Assembly (NCBI GenBank): GCA_051294905.1
Contig: CM119374.1
Span: 20,832,001 to 20,896,000, forward strand
DNA: 64,000 bases
Direction of reading: 5' to 3'
Source of the DNA: Botryllus schlosseri
Lineage: Eukaryota
The notes below the pieces were generated by a model. The model was given only the letters and a program-made list of their open reading frames with translations, made no database searches and was not told the origin of the DNA. Below, piece after piece: positions 38,401 through 50,400 of the stretch (positions are counted from its first letter, which is position 1; each line of letters opens with the position of its first letter). The position numbers were made by a program, and so were the translations under genes.

Positions 38401-41400
38401 TTGAGCACCCGCGACGGAATTCCAATTCAAGACGACACGCAATTGAGTGTTGCTGGTGTCTGCCAGCAGTGACGAAACTTGGCTCGGGACTGTTAGAAAA
38501 AAAAGGTGACGAAATAAATAGATGTTGCCAATATCACTGTAATGTTAGCCAGGCAATGCCATTATTTCACACACATAAGTTACAACCCTGTGTGTGTTCC
38601 GTTATGACTTCCACAGCAAAGAAGGTTAATCGTGCAGGATCCAATCACTGAAAATCACTGCCCACCCCAACAAAGCGAATTTGATATGACATACCAAACC
38701 AATCTGGAAATGATCAACGTAATGTATCACCTGTAATTTGCTCGAAGGCCGTGCTCTCCGTGCTATTGCCACCGTCATTTTCAGCCTGGACTGTAAAAGA
38801 GTACACCGTTCCAGCAGTAAGTCCAGCGAAGATATATTCAGCATCCTTCGTCATTTGCATTTCGTCTGTCCCAGGCGTTACTTTGACGTAATACGAAGTC
38901 GCGGTAGCGGATACACTCCATTTCAACGATACGCTAGAAGTGGTGGCATTGACTAGTTCCAATACAGGTGCCGTTGGCGCTAAAATAACGAAAGGAACAT
39001 GGACTTTGAAGATAACATTGCAGAATGTAGAGTGATCAAACCAGTGATTTGTTGAACAGCGTCAGAGCTGTAGGCACTGGTACCGGCATCATAATACGAA
39101 AGAATCGAAGCGTTGTAGATTGTAGCTGGCAATAGCTGACAGAATTCTACCGAGGTGCTACCGGAAACTGTCTTAGTCTCCTGTCGAGAAGAAATGATAT
39201 GTTAGATATATTTCAGGTGTGATGATCTGAGATAGGTTTCCTGTGTCATATAAAGAAAAGCAATACCAAACTTAATGGCAACATAGACTGGGAGGTGATG
39301 TTGGGCAGCAAGACCTTCAGAGTCACCGCCGGTAAAAGTAACTGGTACAAACTTTAGCTCAATAAGACATATATATATATATCTACCACATCCACATACA
39401 CACAGCAACCATATACATGCTTAGCAAATGAACAATTACATATTGGTGTTTACAGAAGGATTGAACAAAGTGTTGCGGCTAAAATAACTTGACACATACA
39501 CAGCGGTGTAGCCAGTAGACTAAAAAGGCGCCAATGCCGCCTCCAAATATGCGATATTGGACATTGTGACGTAACCTCTCGAAATTTGGCACCCTAGCTA
39601 CGCCTACGCATGGCTAAAGTGCTGTTTTTCCATATTACTCATTAGTCAAGACCGAGCCAAGATTTTATTTCGTGATCCTACACAATTATTTTTAAACCCA
39701 CCGTTGTTCCATCTGATATATTGGTTAACGTGATATCATATCCCGTAGCAGTTGGCACTTCGTTCCAAGACACAGTGAAGCATGTTTGATTAGTGGCTGA
39801 GATCGCAATGCCACTTGGCGGCGGTAACTCTATAATGAAAACATCATATATTTAATTGATGTCAACTCCCGAATCAAATTGGGAATCACATTATTGAAGA
39901 AAGTATCAGTCGACTACATTATAATCTGTGGTGTATTTTGGTATATTTATAGCAAGAAATTCCTCTGTTTCTAAGTATAAAACTCATGTTTACATGACAA
40001 AAAGGGTTGAAAACCCATGTTTAATAGCTTCAATCTTTAAGTGGGTTTGACATATTTGAAATTGGTACGTCTATTTGTAATTGAGTAAAGATTTACGGAC
40101 TTAATTTCTCTTTAACTCGAGTACCAATACTGAATACTCTGACCGTCTCTCATATAGTATCAATGCCAGACATAATGTGAACATAATTCGTGTATAAGAG
40201 AAATTACTGTAGCACATATGTGCGCTGTCTACCATAAATTGGCACGTTACCTCACTGGATACGATATATAGATTACTAACCTACAGATAGATGCACAACT
40301 CAGATGTCATGCTTGAATATCAAGAGAGATTTACTGCGAAAATACAAATTCAAGTTTGTTCATGGTAATGCAGCAGACCTTTCTGGATATTCAAGTGAGA
40401 CGATTGAGCTACGCATCTAACTGTAGGTTAGTAATCTATAATATGATTTTCAAACACGATTTTCACCTGAATGACAAGTCATAGTGGTGTTCTTCGCTCC
40501 ACTCCCTACTGGATTTGTAGCAAAAACAGAACCACTGTACAGAGTCCCTGTCGTTACGCCACAAATATCAGCTGTCTGCGAGTCCGAGTTTACTTCCACA
40601 TTGACACCAGCAGGCGTAGCATCATTTACTGCTACTGTGTAGCCTACGGCCGTTAAAACTTCGATCCACTCGAGCTTGAAGCAAGTTGCGTTTAACGGAG
40701 AGCATTGCCGGATGGTAGGTGTCGCCGGACCTGGATAAGAAATTAGCAGATACAGATATTGGACATTTACTACTAGTTCATAGGGAGAAACAGATCTGGA
40801 TTTTTGAAAAAGAAAGATTGGACGAAATTAATCGGGAGTGTTTTCAAGAATTGTCGACCGATAAGATAGCGGAGTGGTTAAGCGTCCGGCTTCTCGATCG
40901 GTAGGTCCTGGGTTCGATCCCCGGTCGGGTCAGACCAAAGACCTGATTAGTAACACTGGTATCCATGACTTATTCACCGCTTGGCGCTCATGCATTACTG
41001 GGATAGCATGGAGGGATGGTGCAAGACTTACATAGCCGTACAAGACTATATCTGTACCTTCCTTGTCCAGCGGCATATGCATATGCGCAGATCGTGTATG
41101 TGTATCAATAGTCCGTGTATATGCCGCAAAAACAGCAAGAACAAAAATAAACTACATCCTTTCTTTTTAAGGTGATTTTGACTCGGATGTTATACTGCAT
41201 CGGACATCGTATTGGACGACAAAACACGAAAATTTGGTTCATAAGATTACTGTTTATTGAGCAACCAATGTTGGAAATCTGGGAATAGATTGAAACAATA
41301 GAACCTGCAATATGCCGAGGCATACTTCATTGCTATTTGTCAATGTTCCCAGCAAACGACTAAAAGCAAAAACTCCAAAATTGCTAGTGATAACACATGG

Positions 41401-44400
41401 AAATTATTTTTAATTCTTAAGAGTTGTAAAGATTCATTTTAAGATAAACACATCGCATTTCAGGATTATAATCAAGAATATTTGAGATTAATACGAGTTA
41501 TCCCAACATACAGTTTCCACTTTTGCTTGAATAAGCCAGCCCATATCAACCATTAACAAAAAACATAGTATCAAAATGCAGTGTTAATAATATAAAGCTC
41601 ATATCTTACACCCAAGCCCCTAAATGTTACATCCTAAACCACCAGCAGCCAAATTACTGTAACTAATTGTAATCGTAATTTTCCTAATACATTGAGAAAT
41701 CAAGTTTACTATTGCATGAAATACAAAGCACGTTACCGGCCATGAGATTACCATTATGGTAGTAATATAATACACCAGTAATACAGCAAGAAAATCATGC
41801 CACAAACCTGTAAGCTGGCTTTTAGTCAGGGGATCGCTTTTCACGTCTGATACAGCGACCATTGTCAAATTGTAATACGCTCCCGGCAGCAAATTTTGTA
41901 CAGCGACTGTTGTCGCCTCTGTAAACGGTGATTCTGGCACCGCCTTTACTTCACCAGTGGTGGAATGTACCACGGTCAAGGAATAGACTCTGGCGCCAGG
42001 CACTGCGGTCCAGGTAAGGGTGATAGACGTTGGTGTGACGGCAGTTATTGAAAAATCTGGTGGGTTGGGTCCTGCATGAAATGGAACAGAATTTGAATGC
42101 AGCCTTCAAAAGTATGTTTTATTACATTTATTAACTCGAAGTATGCGGCATTGCTGCTAAGTCTCAGTTTCCAATGATGATACACATAAATCTGACATTA
42201 CTGCTTCATAATCAGCCATTTGGTCAAGATACTGTGATCCACGCAATCAGACGCTTATTTTAGATCAAGAAAAATGCTACACCCTGGACTTCGTTCCTCA
42301 AAGATATCATAGTACCGTTCAGCCACTGTTAGCAGTTAGCAGGGCATGTGAGGTTTGATGCTTTTTGCGAAAGCCGAATTGTTGAAGAGAAATGAAGAGC
42401 TTCTTGGAGGTACAGAACTTCAATATACAATTGAATAGTATATTCATATTGAAATGATCCCGAATATTTTCGGCTGACACTCGTCAGGGGTAATCATCAG
42501 CAACTAGTAGATAATTGGAATTGGATTCAAATTCATGAACGGCACCCAATAAGGTGAAAAGAGGAGCCTTGAAAAAAACTCAGCAAGAGAGAGAGAGAGA
42601 GTATTTATTTGCACAAGGGTTTGCGTCGCCTCTGAAAGCACGTACTACTCTCATTGCGTGGTTTGGAAACCGGTCACTCGGTAAAGACAGATTACCACCG
42701 CCATCGTACTTGTGCAGATTTGTCTCTCTACTGTCTGGCTGGAGCCGAATTCGTTGACTGCTTTAATCCGCAAGGTGTAGCATGTTCCGCTGCTGAGGGC
42801 CGTGAACAGAGCTGTGTTCGTCTCGTTTTTGGTTTCCTGCAGTGCATTTGACGTACTGGAAAGAACAAGTAGTAAACGGTGATTGAGTGCAGACGCGGCA
42901 AATAAAGGCCTGAAATGATAGTCCTCTAAAACAGTGGCTCTCAACTGCCAGTCCATGGACTGGTGCTAGTCTGCAAACTCTCTGGATTGTCTGCCAAATA
43001 TATTTCAATGTTATTGTTGATTGCAAAATGTAAGAGGTTGAAGGCTGGTCAATTGTTTTGAGAAATGAAGCAACTCAATTTCAACTTTTTTACTTAGAAC
43101 GCTTTCTAAAGAGACATAAGTTCATGGCCTGTTTTTGACTTAACCCACGTCACAACACTGCAAGTGTTGAACCATAATGTTTGAAAGTAGCCTAGAACTT
43201 GTTTAAGACCAGTAGTACGTGATGTGAATGCTAACAGACTTTTTAACACAAGATTTGCCGAAATTCGACAGGACAATTTAGTGGCATTTGACAGTAGCAT
43301 AGAATCTAGCAAATTTCCAAGTCGCATTTCTTTCAAATGTAACCCAACAGTAAAATTCGAGTTGGTAGTTTGAATATGACTTAACTTGTAAAAACTTTAA
43401 TAGAACTATGTATAACAGAAGCACTATAAAAAAAGACAGCAGACAATTTCTCATTAAATTCAAGTTACAGTTCTTTGTTTTGAGTTGCATACTTTTGTCG
43501 TAATTACATTCTGGGGTGATTTCGATTTTTGAAAGTTCACCGGCGTGCAAAATTTATTTTGAAAATTTACCGGTCCGCAAGCTGAAAATTTTGAGAATCA
43601 TTGGTATAACATATATCCCCGTTGCTTGAAATACCACAGAATTGGAAAGAACTATGCATGCATAACATCACACAAGTAGGCTACACTGCGATAGTAATGT
43701 TTAGTGTTTCAAATTTCGTGTTTGCTACTGCAGTTAGCTTGCTAATAATCATACTACAGTAAAGCCGCGATCACACTGAATCGAACATTCCAACGCGCGG
43801 TTTCGTTCTCACTCCAACCACAGCAACAGGGTGGCCACACTGAACAAAACAGTGAACAGGCTGCGCGAGTCCAGTAACCGCGCGAAAGTTTGTTTCCAGC
43901 GAAGCTTTCGGCTGACTACGCACAGGAATAGTTTACAGAACCGGAATAATGTACGATTTCGAAGAGACGCTGATTTCGTTGGTCAGGCAGCATGTGCATT
44001 AATATGACCAATCGACAAAGTCCTACAGGAAGTCTTCTCTTCGTGAACAGAGCTGGACAAGCATTGGCAAGGCCTTGAACATACCAGGTGAGAAATGAAA
44101 TATTGTTTACTGTTATGTCTATCTTATCTTTTAATTAATTGTCGTACAGCAGAAGAGGCTAAAGCTAAATGGGACTCTTTAAGGCAGAAGTACATGAGGA
44201 ATCGCCGTGATGGGAAGAGACTGAAGAAAAGTGGAGCAGGGGCAAGCTTTATCAGTGAGTGGCCCCTTCAGAAGCAGATGGCTTTCATCGAACCGTATGT
44301 GCAGTCAAGAACGTAAGTTTGGTTCGCATACCATACCATCTTCCTTTCTTCGAATTGTCCTTGTTTCATCTCATTTTCAATAAAACACGAAACTTCCGTC

Positions 44401-47400
44401 TTCACCGTTATATTTATTTAATTTATCTTTCATCAAATAACCTATGCCTATATGTTCATTATATCGCAATCAGTGTATTTATATTTGATGAAAATGTTAT
44501 CAAGGGGATGATTAGGCCGTATGATGAATAATATTACGAGTCTATGAAATCATTGACTACCGATTTTCTCGCACACATTACAAATTCACTTCTTTTTGCA
44601 GGACATCCAGTAACATGGATAAAATGATCATGATCGAGTTAGTTCAGGAGGAACTCGTTTCTGCAGATTTAGATCCTGAAGCTGAAGCTATCGAGGCTCA
44701 ATCAAATTCTACGGATCTGGAATCTACCGGGGACGTGTTGTCATCTACACAAGAAAGCTCTAGCTTTCCCTTGCCATCAGTCTCTTCAAAATACTCAAGC
44801 CTATCAGTCTCTTCAAAAATATCAAGCCTATCTTCAACACAGAACACAAGCATGACTCGCCCTCGAGAAAGCGTACCGAGGTGCTAGACGACTTTGATTC
44901 GCTTGTTCTCAAACACTTGAGAAAAGATGCTGATGAACTCGACTACTTTGCCAGATTTATCACAGGATCAGCTGAAGACCAACGAAGAACCTAAGAGATC
45001 TCAAGTGATAGAAGAAATTACGCAGTGTATTTCGAATGCGAAACGTAATGTTCTCACTGAACAACAAATCAATACATGTACTCAGTGAATTCAGCTGTAA
45101 TGTTTTCATTGAACAACAAACCAATACATGTACTCAGTGAATTCAGTTTCAGTGAATGATTGGATGACTATTGAAATAGTCGGTGTAGGCATTTCGAACG
45201 TTTTTTGCAATAGTAGTGGAATTTCCAGTATAATGATCCATCGAACGATCCTCAGGAATGATATCATCCGTAGAACATTCGGTATAGTTGGGCGAATGTT
45301 TGAGCAGAAAATTGTGGAGACAACAAATTGCCTTGACCATTATGCTATCCACATTTTCGACCTTTAGGGGGACAGGCTTTAGTAGAATCCGGAAACGTTG
45401 GACGAGGATGCCAAACGCATTCTCCACGACACGCCGTGCCCGAGATAGTCGTTTATTATAAACGTATCTCGGTTGGGCTAGGTATTTTCCAGGGTATGGT
45501 CTCATCAGGTGATATGATAGGGGGAAGGCTTCATCGCCAACAAATACATATGGTAACGGAGGCTTTCCTGGATCAACTTCCCGATCTGCAAGTAGCTGCA
45601 GTTCATTTGCAGCTAGTGCACGCCCAAACGGTGAATCGCGGAAAATTCCTCCATCCGATTCGCGTCCATAGCTTCCAACTTGAGCGAAACGAATCCTGTA
45701 CTCTGCGTCAACAACCGCCATCAAAACCACACTGTAAGTTCCTTTGTAGTTGTAAAACAATGAACCACTATTTGCGGGACATTTCATCTGAACATGTTTC
45801 CCATCGATTGCTCCGACACAATTTGGGAACTGCCACAGTTCTTCAAACTTTTCTGCTATTTCAACCCACTCAGAAGCAGAGGATGGAGTTTTCATATATG
45901 TCCATCGCATGTTATTCCATAACGCCGTACAAGTCTCATGAACAATGTTACATACAGTTGAGCGGCCGAGGCGATAGGATCCAGCGATTGTTCTGAATGA
46001 GTCCCCATGCGCGAGAAATCTCAAAGTGACAGCCAATCTTTCCTCTACAGAAACAGCTTTCCTCCAGTTGGTATCGAGTTTGGCGATATCTTCTCCAATC
46101 AGTTGGATTAGATAATGAAACTGCTGTGGTTTCATCCGAAAGTAGTCGAAATAATGCGCTTCTCTTTCTAATTCATATTCCTTGACCAACCTATGATATT
46201 CTCCTAGCTGTTCCCGCCGTTGTAAAATAGGATGCACCCAGATCGATCTGGCCTGCATCTTTTTTTTTCATTCTTCTTCGAATGCACAAAATTGCCAAGG
46301 CTTGCTTCTGATCAGGAGTTAATATCATACTGCAAGGTATAAATACACTGCAAGGTATAAATACAGAGTCATTGATGTGATATGAAGATGCAGAGGTACC
46401 CGCAACTCTGCCCAAAGCAAATGTACCACAGCACACAGATTTGTACTAACTACTGGATTTGAAAAATGCGCAACTACCGGTATAGAACTACTTAATTTTC
46501 AAAATGGGTAGTTTGTGCAAATCAGACTAGTTATATTACACCAATCGCTATGCAACAACATCACCAAAAGCCTTCTGTCTTTCTTGTCTAGTACCACAAT
46601 CGCCATTCACATGCATCGCTCACTGCCCTCGTACGATATGTCAGCACGACAACCACAGCAACAAAATAGGTACCATCGCCCTCTCGTCGCATCGTCATTC
46701 GGACGGAATCGCGCTCGCGATCATTAAGATAAAGATACAAAGAAATGCTCCGCCGCATCGATCGCTGTTGATCTGGTCGAATTGTGTGTGATCGACCCAT
46801 AATAGCTAACACTAACATAAAAAGTATCAACGAAATTTTATTCAACAAGAAAATAGGATTTTACATAACATATCAAAAATTACAAACCAAAAATTTACTT
46901 ACTCAAGTAAAGATAGTTCATATCGATCCGCGCCAACAGAAAGTGTCCAATTTAACTCGATGGAGCTGGCCTCTTTGGTGATGACCATGGGCTCACCTGG
47001 ATCTGATGGGGCTACAAAATAGGTACAGAAATTAGAAGTTTAAATCTTTTTTGTAGCTTTAATCTCTGCTATCAGATCAATGAGCGCCGGTATCTTCCCA
47101 GCTTTGGTTTCCTTCCTAAGGTTTGAACCAACATAAAAGTAACATCTAATGAACAAGAAATAATGCACACCCAGAAAGTATGAGGCACTTAAATAAATAG
47201 ATGTGAATTTACCATGAATTTGTTCACTTTATTTGAAAAAAGTCTGAATCAGGTTTGTAGCATTGTAGGGATACCTATGAACATCGAAATGAATCTATTT
47301 GTATCATTGTCGAAGGCATGTACTGCCCCATGGCAGTTATGTGAAAATCTGACTAATTGCAAACAGGTGCTCAAGATTCACACTCGCTGAACTGAACAAA

Positions 47401-50400
47401 CAAACAAACAAACAAAAAAACTACATCCTACATTGTCCATAGAAAAACGACCGCAAAAATTGTAACAGCATTTCAACGCGACACAACTCTTTCAGGGTTA
47501 TTACATCTCCAATGAAAATGAAGTGTGGTTGTAGGCGGCCAGCATTTGGACAAAGTTTTCAAATGCAAGCAACACTATACCTGTTTTCAAGGTCAACGTT
47601 GTCGCTGCGCTAGTTTGCTGGGCACCGTACAGCGAAGAATCGGTTTTGGCTACAATAGACACAGAATACTCTGTCCCTTCACTTCTTCCGGTGAATTCAA
47701 TGGTGACATCGTTAGCGGTGCTAAAAACAAACAGTGTAAGTATAACTACAATAAAAAAAACAATTGAACAATGAATAACAACCTAGTTTCCGATGCTCCA
47801 CCGGCGATGGTAACGGTAACGTCATAACTGCTAGCACCAGTCACAGCATTCCAGGTCAGAACGAACGAGGTCTGCGCAACAGGCGTAGTGACACCCAATC
47901 CGTCGACGCTCAGAGGTACTGCAACAGACAAGACAGTATTTAATCATCCAAGGATATACTGAAGCAGAGACCTGTTTATGGTATTTAAAATCGAGGCTAC
48001 AAAAATAAAAATTTGGACTATTCCATTTGTATGAGCAGGGTAATATCTAAAAAGATCGTCTAGTAACTAGCATTACACCTTGGACATTTTGCATGGTTGT
48101 TATGACAATTTTACTCGCAAAAATACCGCTACTTTTCAACTTAACAAAAACTAAGTGTAAAAAAGTAAGCAGTATTGTACAAGAAGTTTCGGAAAACATC
48201 ACCACTTGTGAAAGTAGCACAGTTCAGATTCGAAAAAGGCATACTTCAATATAAAACATTGGATTCAATACAGAATGCTAACCTCAGCTGTGTACTACTT
48301 GCCCATTTGAAATCCCAACTTAAAATGCACAGAACAAAGATTCATTTAGTATTTACATCACGAAATTTCCGAGCAATCAGGTCAAGAATACTTCAATTCA
48401 CGCAAATAGAAACTTACCTGTAATCTGGACAACTGCATCGCTTGATAGACTCCATCCGCCAGTGTTTCGAGCCCTCACCGTTATGTCGTACGCTACCCCG
48501 GGACTCAAATCCGAAAACGATTGGGCGAGGGACGATGTGTTCTGGGTCATAGCAGCAGCCCCGCCAGAGTACGGCGTCACTTGAACTTCGTAGAGGGTTG
48601 CGCTGGATGCTGCATCCCATTCCACGGCAAAACTTGTGGTCGTGATCGATGTGATTCTTGCATTGGTTGGAATTGAGGGCGCTGTAATATTGCATATGTG
48701 AAATGGAAAAACATCATCAATACAAATGAAAGTTGGTATTGCGGTATTGCCTAACAAATGAAAAACTTTATTTTCAATGAGCAAAATAATACTAAACCAT
48801 CTGATTCATCACGAGCACAATGCAAAACATACAAAGACTCCAACTAACCAGTGGTGAAGAGCAGACTTGCCATTGAGCCAACTTGAGTTACAGTCCGTGC
48901 TGCGGTTTCAGCTTTTACCTCGATAGTGTATTCATGACCATCACTCAATATACTGTCAGTTCCAGTCCATCCATTGGTGCTATAAAGAGTGAAATGTTGT
49001 CGAAAGAGTTGATAATAAACGGTATGAAGAATAAAGAAGCAATAATTTTCTATTTTTGGGGTATTTGCACTAGTTTCTCAAATGGCTCAAGTCACTACTA
49101 TAACTAAGAGAATTTTCACTTTTTAGGTGAAACTTCTAAATCTAGTTTGGTAGAAATTTACGTTACTTCTACTTTAGTTTCTACAGTTGGCAATTTCATC
49201 TTGCACTGCTCTCTTTTTCTCTCTTATACGATTAGCATCGCTAAAATCTTTCGACCTATTTACCTCACTGTCTCGGTGTGGATCGAAGTTCCACTATTGT
49301 CCTTCAATGTGATTTGATATTTCGCGGCTCCTTGAATGGAGTCCCAGGTAACCGCGACGTTTCGTTGAACGTTGTCAGTGGCAGCCGCTAAACCCGTCAC
49401 AGCCGTGGGAACTGGAAAAGATTTTGAGAGGCGACATGTCAGAAAAATGAAGGGTAAAATGGAACAAACTGAAATGTTGTGTCGGTAGACCCGACGCATA
49501 CCCGTTACCAAATAAGAAATGTGTATGTGTGGTATTAACAACAAAAAGCAAAAAAAATAATATTGACGTGTCAATTCAGTTGAGAATTCTTCATAAAGGA
49601 CTTTTGTTTCTTCTACTTCTGATATGCATTTACGTTGACACTTATTTGTATAGGACTAGTAATAACCGCCGATCATGCTTTCCTTGTGTGCTTTGATTGG
49701 TATTTATACCCTTTGTTCCACGATTTACTTTGTTTAATGGCACTTCGGATAGTGAAGGCCTGTCTTAAAGAAACCCTGCTTATTAAATAGATTGTTGATA
49801 ATTCATCGTATAAGGTAAATGTTTTATCATGACCATAGAATGGAACAGTTTCTGAATACACGGTTACACAATACACCAGGATGTCTCTTGTGGTGTCATC
49901 TATTGATTTTTTATATCTACACAACTTGACTGCATGCTCTTTAGTACTTCCGTTTTCGAGTGGAGACTTGATATACGCACCGTGTAGTATTTAACCTCGT
50001 GAGATAACTCAAAAATTGAAATCCTCAAACTTAATTAATGAAACGCATTGAATACAGAAAATAAAATTCCATTTATTAAATGTGGCATCAAATTCCATCG
50101 ATATATCGTCATCATGATATATATATCGAAGGATTCAATGGCATATAACCAATCATGCAATACGACGTCTTACATTACATGATACTATTAGGAAAAAGTG
50201 AAGCATTTTTGACACACCGAACCCACACAAATTACCTGTTATTTGCTCCAGCGCTGTGCTTTCAGAACTATTCCCCCCAGCATTCTCAGCATACACTGTA
50301 AAACTGTAGACAGTTCCAGCGTCCAGGATCGTGATAGTGAGAGACAGTTCGGCAGATGTCTCGGTGGATATGACCAACAGTGGCGCCGGTTCGATTCGAG

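Larger units (their letters stand above)
43763..46799. mobile_element. PIF/Harbinger DNA transposon (two-gene) in intron 24
   Basis: Harbinger DDE transposase plus a convergent MADF gene. TAA on both flanks (43760-62, 46800-02). Imperfect ends AGCCGCGATCACAC and (reverse complement) TGGGTCGATCACAC. Element identity is firm, boundaries less so. Confidence 0.8.

Noticed and set aside
39240-39345. Candidate FN3 half-exon (…NITSQSM…)
   Set aside because: No conserved Trp in an open frame; exon 28 (39702-39829) fills this slot with correct phase and paralogy.
40856-40935. Functional tRNA gene
   Set aside because: Acceptor stem is disrupted by an insertion, the anticodon arm is irregular, and it continues into a SINE body.
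45436-45996. 186-aa plus-strand ORF
   Set aside because: Antisense shadow of the transposase; no recognisable motifs.
49264-49268. Alternative GTGAG donor for exon 19 (phase 0)
   Set aside because: Exon 20 requires phase 2, and paralogous exon 31 also ends in phase 2.
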